This document shows, piece after piece, positions 19,195 to 28,293 of a stretch of 64,000 nucleotides of DNA (position 1 is the first letter of the stretch; every line of letters starts with the position of its first letter). The stretch is from a bacterium (lineage in GTDB: Bacteria; Patescibacteriota; Minisyncoccia; UBA6257; 02-FULL-45-10c). The notes under the pieces were generated by a model, which saw only the letters and a program-made list of their open reading frames with translations, did no database searches and was not told the DNA's origin. The stretch covers positions 13,428-77,427 of the forward strand of contig JAUYKI010000006.1 of NCBI GenBank assembly GCA_030700025.1, read 5' to 3'. A program made the translations under genes and the position numbers.

Positions 19195-20895
19195 ATGAGA
19201 GACATAACTTTATTCGGACAAACAAACTTTCGGAACCAGAAAATCCGGTTCGGCATTAAGGTAGATGACCGCCGGAGGCACATGTATATCATTGGAAAAA
19301 CCGGCATGGGTAAGACCACTATGCTGGAGAATATGATTATTGCCGACATTAATGCCGGCCGGGGCGTTGGCATTGTGGATCCGCACGGCGAGCTGGCGGA
19401 AAAGATTTTAGACTTTGTTCCGGAAAGCCGGATTAAGGATGTAATTTATTTTAATCCCCAGGATTTGGAATTTCCGATTGCTTTTAATCCATTGGAGCAA
19501 GTAGGCACGGAATTCCGCCACTTGGTGGCTTCGGGAATTATGGGCGTATTTAAGAAGATATGGCCGGATGTCTGGTCGGCTCGTATGGAATATATTTTGA
19601 ACAATTCTTTACTGGCGCTTTTGGAATGCCCAGGCTCAACTTTGCTTGGCATTATGCGGATTTTGTCCGACAAAGAATACCGTAAAAAAGTAGTGGATAA
19701 TTTGAAAGACCCGGTGGTCAAGGGCTTTTGGGTAAATGAATTTGCCAAATATACCCAGCGGCTGGAAAGCGAGGCGACGGCAGCTATTCAAAACAAAGTT
19801 GGACAGTTCGTCACCAATCCGCTGATCCGTAATGTTTTAGGACAGGGGCATTCCACGGTGGATATGCGGAAGATTATGGACGAACGGAAAATTTTAATCG
19901 TTAACTTGTCTAAAGGAAGAATCGGAGAAGATAATTCCGCGCTTTTGGGAGCAATGATTATTACCAAGCTTCAGCTGGCAGCTATGTCACGGGTGGATAT
20001 TCCGGAAAAGGAGCGCCAAGACTTTTTCTTATACGTGGACGAGTTCCAAAACTTTGCCACCGATTCCTTTGCTAATATTTTATCGGAAGCCAGAAAATAC
20101 CGGCTTTGCCTGATTTTAGCGCACCAATATATCGGCCAATTGAGCCACGGAGATAATGATAAGGTGCGGGACGCGATTTTTGGTAACGTCGGAACTATGA
20201 TTTCTTTCCGGGTGGGCGCCGAAGATGGAGAATTTTTGGAAAAAGAATTCCAGCCGGACTTTATGATGAATGATTTTGTTAATTTATCCAAATATACTTT
20301 TTATACCAAGCTGATGATTGATGGAATCGCCTCCCGGCCTTTTTCCGCCCAGAATATTGAGCCATTTGTTCCTCCGGCGGTAGCGTTCCGGAATTCAATT
20401 ATTGACGAAAGCCGGAAACGGTACGGTACTGCCCGTTCCATTGTAGAAGTTAAAATTGCAGGCGAGTGGTTAGTGGATGGCGGCCGAACAGCGGATGAAA
20501 AGCCGCCCCGCCGCGAAGAAGGATTTGCGCGTCGGGATGATCGGCCCATGCATCGCGAGGAAAGGCCCGTTTATAGAGAAGACAGGCCTATGCGTAGCGA
20601 CGACAGGCCAATGCGCCGGGAAGAACGGCCATTATCAGAGGCCTTGCGCCCGGTTCCTCAGCGTTCAGATTTTCCGCCGCGCCGGAGCAATGATTGGCGG
20701 CCAGGCGGCCAGCCTACCAGCGATGGCATTCGCAGGATTCCGGTAAGGCGGGAAGAGTTCCGTCCGGCGCCGCAACCGATGGCCCCTCGGAACGATCAGC
20801 CAAGGCCAAAAGTAGACATTGCGGATTTGAAGAAGTCTTTAGACGAAATTTTATTAGATAAAATAACCAAAGAAGAAACGGGCGGAGAAGAATAG
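19195..20895 (+). CDS. VirD4/TraD/HerA-like P-loop ATPase (type IV secretion DNA-binding domain protein)
   Basis: HMYIIGKTGMGKT, DPHGE, LYVDEFQNF, SEARKY, LAHQY; low-complexity R/D/E/P tail. Confidence 0.88.
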   Translation: MRDITLFGQTNFRNQKIRFGIKVDDRRRHMYIIGKTGMGKTTMLENMIIADINAGRGVGIVDPHGELAEKILDFVPESRIKDVIYFNPQDLEFPIAFNPLEQVGTEFRHLVASGIMGVFKKIWPDVWSARMEYILNNSLLALLECPGSTLLGIMRILSDKEYRKKVVDNLKDPVVKGFWVNEFAKYTQRLESEATAAIQNKVGQFVTNPLIRNVLGQGHSTVDMRKIMDERKILIVNLSKGRIGEDNSALLGAMIITKLQLAAMSRVDIPEKERQDFFLYVDEFQNFATDSFANILSEARKYRLCLILAHQYIGQLSHGDNDKVRDAIFGNVGTMISFRVGAEDGEFLEKEFQPDFMMNDFVNLSKYTFYTKLMIDGIASRPFSAQNIEPFVPPAVAFRNSIIDESRKRYGTARSIVEVKIAGEWLVDGGRTADEKPPRREEGFARRDDRPMHREERPVYREDRPMRSDDRPMRREERPLSEALRPVPQRSDFPPRRSNDWRPGGQPTSDGIRRIPVRREEFRPAPQPMAPRNDQPRPKVDIADLKKSLDEILLDKITKEETGGEE

Positions 20896-20968
20896 GGGGC
20901 GGTAAAATTGACGGCCAATGTATTTGAAGCTATAATCCTTTTGGTTCTTAAAATAAGGAGGTAGCAAG

Positions 20969-21298
20969 ATGACTTACCGGCAGTTTTTGAGAGAATTGAG
21001 AAAACTTCGCAATAAAGGAACGTGGTACTTAACATCTACCGACGGAATTCGGATGAGCCATTCGGATTCGGATATGATCTACGATCCCATTACGGTAGTT
21101 TGTAAATTTTTTATCGGAAAAGAATATTTTTCGGATGAATGGGCCAATGCCGCTAAAAGGTTAAATTTAGATCGAAAAGTCATGGGACTTATTATGGTTG
21201 CCACCTGTTTTTCGTTAGACCATTGCAAGACGAAGAATAATCCCAGATTCGCTAAAGTTCGTCAGGATCTTTTAGAAGCTATTGGTTTATCGGAATAA
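20969..21298 (+). CDS. Hypothetical protein
   Basis: TTGACG-17-TATAAT promoter, aaggaggt SD, hairpin terminator. Confidence 0.7.
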   Translation: MTYRQFLRELRKLRNKGTWYLTSTDGIRMSHSDSDMIYDPITVVCKFFIGKEYFSDEWANAAKRLNLDRKVMGLIMVATCFSLDHCKTKNNPRFAKVRQDLLEAIGLSE

Positions 21299-21406
21299 TC
21301 CCGCAGATAATGCGGGTTTTTGTTTTCATTGACACCCCGATAAGCCGGGGAGTAGGATGGGGTTAGAAGCTTTTTGAAAACTTCATACGACAGGAGGGAA
21401 TTAATC

Positions 21407-22573
21407 ATGCGTATCGGAACGCTTCTGAATACCTATAAAATCGTACCCAGGGTTCTTTATGACCTGTCTAACAGCAAAGCGGGCTTGGCTTCCAGGCCTC
21501 CGTGGGCCTTGCGCCATTTGCCTGACGTCGCTGTTTACTGGCTGATGAAAGCCCTGCGGTTAACGGAATTGCCCAAGCGCAAATTCAATATCCAGGTGTT
21601 TTTGGATGAAATTAAGCTGGAACAGCAAATTGCCGAACTTCGGAAGGCCGGAGCCGAACATTTTGAATTATCCGCGGATTTAATTTTTCTGCATCCTCAA
21701 TTTGAGGCGTGGTGGATAGAGCAAATTCCGTTTTTAGCTTCGCTTCGCAAAGAAGGCATTACTTTTTCCGTGCATCTTCCGCAGTTTGCCGGACTTTATT
21801 TAGACTCGTATCTGAATGGCGTGCGGCAGGGAGCGGTGGCGGAAATCCGCCGGATGAATGAAATTTTCAAACCGCTGGATCCGCATTATGTTTTGCACTT
21901 GGGGAGCGACCGGTTTTTCTATTATACCGATTTGCATCTTACCGGCGCCGCTCTTCAGCGGATGCTTATGAAAACAATTGGAAATAAAGGATGGTTTAAC
22001 CGCGCCAAGATGGCCGGCGCAAAGCTGGTTTTCCAGGGACTGGTTAAATTCATAACGCCCTTGGCGGTAAGCCGGGCGGTCCATCCAAGCCTGATCCGTT
22101 CTCTGCAAGAAGTAAGCCAGTTTATGCCCATAGAAAAACTTTGCATTGAAAATCTGGAAAACTTTGATTTTGATTCCGTGATGAAGCGCTTCAACCAGGA
22201 GCCGCTCCGTTCAGAAATTCCGGTTTCGGTTTGCCTGGACGTCGGCCACTTAATTATGCAGAAATGGACCCGAGACCAGCGTTGTTTTGAAAAGTTTTTT
22301 GCCCGCTATGGAAATAGAATTTCTTGTCTACATCTTCATAACGTGGTTAAGTCCGCGGAAACGATTTATGACACCGGAGAGCGGGAACCGGTTCTGCAGG
22401 ACCATCAGCCTCTTAACGAAGAGGGAGGGCTTTTGCCGTTAAGAAAGATATTAGAAATGGTAAAAAAGATAGACAAGAAAACCGGCAAGAACACCACAGT
22501 GGTGATTGAGCTATATTCCCACGACCCGCTCCCTTCAATGAGGTTCTTGAAGGAAATAGTTAGCGGAATGTGA
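21407..22573 (+). CDS. TIM-barrel metalloenzyme (sugar phosphate isomerase/epimerase / AP-endonuclease-2 family)
   Basis: SVHLP, VLH, IENL, CLDVGH, LHLHN, DHQP, VIE metal ligands; SD aggagg before ATG 21407. Confidence 0.8.
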   Translation: MRIGTLLNTYKIVPRVLYDLSNSKAGLASRPPWALRHLPDVAVYWLMKALRLTELPKRKFNIQVFLDEIKLEQQIAELRKAGAEHFELSADLIFLHPQFEAWWIEQIPFLASLRKEGITFSVHLPQFAGLYLDSYLNGVRQGAVAEIRRMNEIFKPLDPHYVLHLGSDRFFYYTDLHLTGAALQRMLMKTIGNKGWFNRAKMAGAKLVFQGLVKFITPLAVSRAVHPSLIRSLQEVSQFMPIEKLCIENLENFDFDSVMKRFNQEPLRSEIPVSVCLDVGHLIMQKWTRDQRCFEKFFARYGNRISCLHLHNVVKSAETIYDTGEREPVLQDHQPLNEEGGLLPLRKILEMVKKIDKKTGKNTTVVIELYSHDPLPSMRFLKEIVSGM

Positions 22574-22648
22574 CTTCGTCCCCGATGTAATATCGGGGAT
22601 TTTTTATTTCTTGCAAAAAGAAACTTTTTATATTAAAATAATCTTTAA

Positions 22649-23224
22649 ATGCTTAAATACAGCGAATTAAAAGTGGGCACGGTTTTTCGGCTTGAGGGCC
22701 AGGTTTTTGAGGTTATAGAATATGAATTTTTGCGCATGCAGGCTTCTAAGCCGGTGGCAAAAGTCCGTTTAAAGAATTTAACTAGCGGACAGGTAGTTGG
22801 CCGGAATTTCCATTCTAATGAAACTTTTGAAGAAGTGGAAGCCGAATGGCAGCCGCTTACTTATCTATATAGTCATCGGGGTGAATTTTGGTTCTCCGAG
22901 AAAAGTAATCCCAAGAATCGATTTAAGCTTTCCGAAGAGCAATTGGGAGAAGTCAGCCAATTTTTAAAGCCGAACACGGAAGTGTCCGCTTTGAAATTAG
23001 ACGGAGAATTGGTCAGCGTTAAAGCTCCTATTAAAGTTGATTTTAAAGTTACCGAAGCGCCTCCGGGAGAACGGGGCAATACCGCGCAGGGCGGAAATAA
23101 AATAGTGACTCTGGAAACCGGAGCTAAGCTTGCCGTTCCGTTGTTTATTAATACCGGCGATATTGTCAGGGTAAATACTGTTTTGGGAGAATACGTGGAA
23201 AGAGTGGAGAAGTCCAAAGAGTAG
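22649..23224 (+). CDS. efp: Translation elongation factor P
   Basis: PPGERGNTAQGG.K...LETG...VPLFINTGD..RVNT...YVER. Confidence 0.95.
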   Translation: MLKYSELKVGTVFRLEGQVFEVIEYEFLRMQASKPVAKVRLKNLTSGQVVGRNFHSNETFEEVEAEWQPLTYLYSHRGEFWFSEKSNPKNRFKLSEEQLGEVSQFLKPNTEVSALKLDGELVSVKAPIKVDFKVTEAPPGERGNTAQGGNKIVTLETGAKLAVPLFINTGDIVRVNTVLGEYVERVEKSKE

Positions 23225-23272
23225 GCTCATAATCCTTATTCTCATAAATAAGCTCCGCCATGGTTGCCGTAG

Positions 23273-23362
23273 GGAACATCCCGCAGGCGTATTTTGCTTG
23301 GACCACAAAATACGCCGAGGGCGAAGAAAGTTTTATCGCTGGAATAAAACTATTCTGTTTCC
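23273..23362 (+). repeat. 90-nt structured repeat, family A, copy 3
   Basis: Stem-2 variant agttttat-cgctgga-ataaaact. Confidence 0.95.
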
Positions 23363-23445
23363 CGTAGGCAATCTGGCGGAGCGAGTATGTGGAAGGAGAA
23401 TAAAAAAATCCCGTTATCTTGCGATAGCGGGATTGCCTTTAATTT

Positions 23446-25191
23446 TTAACCGCGCGAAGGGGCGCGTTCTTTATCGTAGCGTTTCTGATACCATTTCTTG
23501 ATTTGCCGGGAAAGGAAGTTGCTTTGGAGCCAGGCGGTAAGGGGGGCAACGGTTGGGCGGTAAATCGGCTCTTGCAGGTTAATCCGGTTGTCGGCTTCCA
23601 AAACCGCGTTAGCGGCTCGGGTGCCGGACTTAACTGCTGCTTCCATGCCTAACTCAAACTCGTCGGTCCAGTCGCCAGCCAGGAATAGGTTAGCCAGGGA
23701 TGTTGCGGGAGAATGGGGAAGGAATCGGGAATTGAGCCGGGGGAATGGCCGGTGATAAAGCGCTGCCGGGTAGATGCGGGCTAGCAGATGCTTATGCACT
23801 TTCGCGGAATTAACTTCCGGGAAAAGCGCTTTTACATCCGTTAATAAGCGCGCTTTCAAAACTTTTTCCGGATAGAACTCCAGCACTTCGCCGTCGTCGG
23901 AAAGCGTGTCAAACACGCTAGTTTTTTCGTAACGGGGCATAATATTAGAAATATCCATACAGCCGTTCATTGACCAGAAGTCTCTGTCCAACCCGGTTAA
24001 ATTATATTCGTGAGTCACTTTCCGGTCTAAGAAAATTCTGGACACGGTAAGAGCCGCGCCTTTGAATTGGCCAAGCGCCCGAAACTCCCGGAATTCCCGG
24101 AGTGGGTGATTGTCGGGAGAGCGGAAAAGATTAGCCAGCTGGTGCGGCTGCATCGCGGAAATAATAAATTCGGCCTCAATCAGTTCGGGAGTTGGTTTAG
24201 CCATGTTCTTCCGATATTTTTTTTCGGGCGTTGCGCAACCGCAAGCCGGACAAAGCGGATATTGTTTGGCCGGCGGATAAAGCAATCCGCAATTATCGCA
24301 AACCATGTTTGCGTAATGGCCGCAGTCTTCCACGGTTACGCCAATAGCGTGTTTTTGTTCTGTAAGAATGTCGCGTACGTGGCAATTGAATCTGAAATTA
24401 ACTCCGCGCGCTTTTAGCGTTTCCACCAACCGGTCAATTAAGGCCGGATTACAATCGTCATTCATCATCCGGCACCCGAGAATATTTTTATCCCGCAGAT
24501 AAGCCAGATAAAAAAGGTGCATGAATTTCGGGCCTACTTGATCGGCATCAGCCAGGTTCGTAATAGAATAGGTAATGCGCCGGAAAGTTTTAACGGCTTC
24601 ATGCGTAAGGCCGAGATGCTTCATAATGCCGTAAAAATTCCAGTCGTCGGAAATCGGCGGTACGGATTTGTCGCCAAAGAGAAGGGCGAGAGCGTGGAAT
24701 CGGACCGCGCTTAACCGGTCCCGGAGAGTTGGAAATCCTTCAAAGTCGGTCAAGATTTGCAAGTTAGAAAGCGGAGCCGGGAGAAACGATAATGCTTTTC
24801 CAATGCGGGTGCTCGGCTTGCCGGTAAGGTGCATTCGCCGTCCGCCTTCGTCGGCTAAGAAAAATCCATCCAGCCGGCCGGTAAAAGACGGATTCGGCTG
24901 ATTGGTCCAGGATTTCGGCAAAGCGGTAATCGGGGATTGGATGCTTGGCAGAGTTAACTCGCGCCAGCAAAAATAATTCAGATTTTCATAAAAAGGAAAA
25001 TTCATTTGCATTTGGCCCTTTCGGATTGATCCATGTTCCGGATCGCGGTGATCGGTCCATGAAGACGTACAACCGCCCGCCATTGGAGCCCGTTCAATAA
25101 CTGTGACTTGGTAACCGCGGTCCACCAGAACGCTGGCGGAGCGGAGGCCGGCTAAACCGGCGCCGAGAATTACGACACTTTTGTTTTCCAT
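23446..25191 (-). CDS. FAD-dependent oxidoreductase (amine oxidase / carotene-squalene desaturase-like) with inserted Zn ribbon
   Basis: VILGAGLAGL..A, GG..SSW, LFLAGDW...MEAAVKSG..AA; internal CDNC...CPAC. Confidence 0.85.
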   Translation of the reverse strand: MENKSVVILGAGLAGLRSASVLVDRGYQVTVIERAPMAGGCTSSWTDHRDPEHGSIRKGQMQMNFPFYENLNYFCWRELTLPSIQSPITALPKSWTNQPNPSFTGRLDGFFLADEGGRRMHLTGKPSTRIGKALSFLPAPLSNLQILTDFEGFPTLRDRLSAVRFHALALLFGDKSVPPISDDWNFYGIMKHLGLTHEAVKTFRRITYSITNLADADQVGPKFMHLFYLAYLRDKNILGCRMMNDDCNPALIDRLVETLKARGVNFRFNCHVRDILTEQKHAIGVTVEDCGHYANMVCDNCGLLYPPAKQYPLCPACGCATPEKKYRKNMAKPTPELIEAEFIISAMQPHQLANLFRSPDNHPLREFREFRALGQFKGAALTVSRIFLDRKVTHEYNLTGLDRDFWSMNGCMDISNIMPRYEKTSVFDTLSDDGEVLEFYPEKVLKARLLTDVKALFPEVNSAKVHKHLLARIYPAALYHRPFPRLNSRFLPHSPATSLANLFLAGDWTDEFELGMEAAVKSGTRAANAVLEADNRINLQEPIYRPTVAPLTAWLQSNFLSRQIKKWYQKRYDKERAPSRG

Positions 25192-25262
25192 ATTTCGCCT
25201 CAGTATTTCAAGGATCTTCGCGGCTTATTTTACCACGCGGAAGTGCCTAAGGTCAATTTTTC

Positions 25263-25537
25263 GCTCAGCCGATATTGTTTCCTGTAACTCAATTTATTTG
25301 CCCAGCCCTATCTATTTCTTGGAAACAGAATAGTTTTATTCCAGCCCCGACGTAAAGTCGGGGCTCCGACATCTTTATTTTAAAAATTTAATAACGAAGC
25401 GTCGGAGCGATAAAACTTTCTTCGCCCTCGGCGTATTTTGTGGTCCAAGCAAAATACGCCTGCGGGATGTTCCTCAAAACAGATAGGGCTGGGCGCTCGG
25501 TTTGTTTGGGTATTGGGAAGGCGGTAGCGGCTTCGTT
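25263..25537. repeat. Four-level nested palindromic composite including interrupted family A copy 4 (25321-25473)
   Basis: gctcagccg...cggcttcg shell > cccagccctat...atagggctggg > family A > 63-nt insert 25346-25408. Confidence 0.85.
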
Positions 25538-25579
25538 ATTCTTGTTTAAGTTATAAAATCGTGATATAATATAATAACT

Positions 25580-27444
25580 ATGACCGAAAAAGGCCCCGAC
25601 TTCCTCAAAAAGAAATACGACCTCCACAAAGCTCCGGAAACGGAAACCGCCGCCAAGCGGACGGAAAAAAGAACTAACGAAAAAGTCCCTCAAGCTCCGG
25701 AAGCCCGCATCCAAAACTACCTCAACCGCTTCAAGGAAATCATAGACCGGAAAGACCCGGAAAAACGGGAAAGAGGCCTGGAAGCCATAAAAAAAGTCCT
25801 CTACGATAAATTCGTCATCCAAGAAAACGAAATCCCGGAATCATACTTTGAACTCCAAAAACGGATTGCGAGAGAACAAGGCCATGGAGAAATTGAAATC
25901 TCCAAAGAACAAAAAGACCAGCTAACCGAAGTAGTCATTACCGACCAAAGAACCACCTTGGATAACTGGGTAGACTACCTATCCTCTCCAGACGCCACCT
26001 ATCCGGACTGGCTCAAATACTGGACTATCCGGAGCATTCTGGGAATAGGCGAATACGACAAAGAAAAGAAAGAATTCACTAAACGCTCCAAAAGCACTAC
26101 CAAGCCCTTCCTGGATATCAATCGGGAAGCTTTAGCCTATGTGCTAGACGCCGTTTCCAAAAAATACGGCCAACAGCACACCAATCTCCTTAACCTCAAT
26201 GAGCAAGAAAGAAAAGACTTTGAATCCCTCCTCCAAGGAGAAAACTTCGCCAAACTCTATGCCTGGGCAATAGAAAAAACTACCGTCGCTCCTCAAGAAG
26301 CCCTGGCTAATACCCAAGGCAAATGGATTAAATACAACCAAGGACAAGACCATATGCCCTTAGTCCAATCCCTTCAAGGACACGGCACCGGCTGGTGCAC
26401 GGCCGGAGAATCCACCGCCAAAACCCAGCTTCAAGGAGGGGATTTCTATGTCTTTTACTCCATGGACAAAAAAGGCAAACCCACCCTTCCCAGAGTGGCT
26501 ATCCGCATGAACGGCAATCAAATCGGAGAAGTCCGGGGAATTGCTCCGGATCAAAACTTGGACCCCTATATCGGCGATATAGTCCAAAAGAAAATGACCG
26601 AATTTCCTGACGGCAAATCTTATGAGAAAAAAGCTGGAGACATGAAAATGCTGACTGCCATAGAACAGAAAACCCTTCGGCTCCGCTCAGGGCAAGCCAA
26701 TCAAGAATTGACCAGGGAAGAATTACATTTCCTCTATGAAATGAACCAAAAAATTCAAGGATTCGGCTATCAAAGAGACCCGCGGATTGAGGAACTAAGA
26801 AAACAAAGAAATTCGGAAGAAGATATGTTGATTATTTTTGAATGTACGAAAGACCAGATTGCCCACACTCCGAAAGAAATCAATTCAAATACTAAAGCCT
26901 ATGTCGGTAAAATTAAACTGGGTATTTTTCAAAAACTACCAGAAAATATCGAGCATGTTTATACTGAATTCCCTGACAAGAAAGTTTTTATGAAAGAGAT
27001 TGTCTCGGATGAAGAAATTATTTCTGCTAAAACCGCCATTCAAAAACTCGAAGTTCAAGGGCACAAAATTGGCGACTATGCCAGAGATATGTTATCCAAA
27101 GTAAATTGGAAGGAAAGTCTAAAAGACTCCTACAACATTATCTCTATTTCTGTTGGGGAACTTTTCGGTGACGCAAACTACCATAATTATGCCGATATCA
27201 AAGCCAAAGCTCGAGAAAGTGGCCTAGACATTATTCCAGCTTCTCTCGCTCCATCAATTCGTTTGAATTATGATAAAAATGGCGAGTGGACAGTCCTCGC
27301 TATGGAAGCGATGCGCGACCGTGACGGTAGTCTTAGGCGTTTCGGCTGGGACGGGGTGGTTCTGAGTCGTGGTTGAATGACGATGATGGTCGCGATGACG
27401 ACAAGTGGGACGGTAACGGCCGGTTCTTCTTTGTTCGCAAGTAG
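25580..27444 (+). CDS. DGR target protein; frameshifted within the VR as assembled (ORF stops 27376, TR-predicted stop 27444)
   Basis: 3' end is near-identical to the TR; the corrected frame ends ...WDGNGRFFFVRK*, a C-type-lectin-like DGR terminus; GHGTGWCTAG motif in body. Confidence 0.88.
27306..27441 (+). repeat. DGR variable repeat (VR)
   Basis: Aligns to 27743-27879 with mismatches almost only at TR adenines. Confidence 0.95.
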
Positions 27445-27514
27445 CTTAATTCTTAAATCTTAAGCCCTTTAAACATCTCTTTTTCCTTATCCCTTATAAC
27501 TTTTTAAAAAATAT

Positions 27515-27523
27515 TGTTATAAT
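27515..27523 (+). promoter_or_regulatory. Extended -10 (TGnTATAAT) upstream of the TR leader
   Basis: tgttataat followed by ~220 nt of non-coding hairpins. Confidence 0.55.
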
Positions 27524-27742
27524 ATATCCGAAAGTAGGTGAATACGCAGACGACTAAGGTTTTCTGCCACCCAAATCAGTATCCATATATCGAGAATATT
27601 TCAGACCAAGGTTTGAAATAGAGTGGTGTATGCAGATTCTTCATAAAAAATGAAGTTACTTGGTTTAGAATCTAGGGCATTATGATGCCGAATACGATAC
27701 AGCTCTGAGAGTATTCTAGGGGCGGTGGTGTAGACGGATTCT

Positions 27743-27879
27743 AAACAATACGCGACCGTGACGGTAATCTTAGGCTTTTCAACTGCAACAGGAATGGTTC
27801 TGAGTCGTGGTTGAATAACAATAATGGTCGCGATGACAACAAGTGGAACGATAACAACCGGTTCTTCTTTGTTCGCAAA
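27743..27879 (+). ncRNA. DGR template repeat (TR)
   Basis: AAC/AAT-rich, adenine-retaining copy of the VR, adjacent to avd and RT. Confidence 0.95.
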
Positions 27880-27884
27880 TTATT

Positions 27885-28250
27885 TCATTTCTCTCCCGAT
27901 TTTGTATCGGGAGAGTTTTGTTTTGTAAGCTGTCCAAACCAACCGCCAAGCATTTTACCCACCTCATTTATTTTTTCTGAAAGCGCAATATATTTTTTAT
28001 TATCAAGCGACTTGTTTTCCCAAAGAATAAGGAGAAAGATGTTGAGCGTATTGATTTTTTTAATTGCAAGCCTTACATAAGGCGCCTTTTCTTCTCGAGA
28101 AAGAAAAACGGCAACAGAAATAGCCTCTATTGTATCGGTAAATAGATTATCTATCTTTTGACCGATGGTATATCTATGGTTTTTAGGTAGGATCCGGTAA
28201 TATTCATACCAAAGCTGGTAACCGCCTTTGATTTTCTGCAGAATTGGCAA
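27885..28250 (-). CDS. avd: Avd-like accessory protein (four-helix bundle)
   Basis: LPKNHRYTIGQKI..., EVGKMLGGW signature, ~120 aa basic, between TR and RT; true start uncertain (TTG 28250, or ATG 28314 across the G tract). Confidence 0.85.
   Translation of the reverse strand: MPILQKIKGGYQLWYEYYRILPKNHRYTIGQKIDNLFTDTIEAISVAVFLSREEKAPYVRLAIKKINTLNIFLLILWENKSLDNKKYIALSEKINEVGKMLGGWFGQLTKQNSPDTKSGEK
27891..27925 (+). terminator. Perfect 10-bp hairpin + T-rich run just after the TR
   Basis: ctctcccgat-tttgt-atcgggagag-ttttgttttg. Confidence 0.55.
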
Positions 28251-28261
28251 TAAATTTGCGA

Positions 28262-28271
28262 GGGGGGGGGG
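28262..28271. repeat. G10 homopolymer tract
   Basis: a-gggggggggg-c between avd and RT starts. Confidence 0.95.
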
Positions 28272-28293
28272 CTTTTAATGGATCGTTATTGTT

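Noticed and set aside
20500-20640. 7-aa R/D/E/P repeats in the ATPase tail
   Set aside because: Ordinary low-complexity disordered tail; no sign of a separate element.
17888-20895. Conjugative element inferred from the VirD4-like ATPase
   Set aside because: No relaxase, VirB genes or integrase; this gene pair is a common chromosomal feature of CPR.
27811-28080. 89-aa ORF MNNNNGRDD...
   Set aside because: Translation of the TR plus the antisense of avd; TTG start with no initiation signal.
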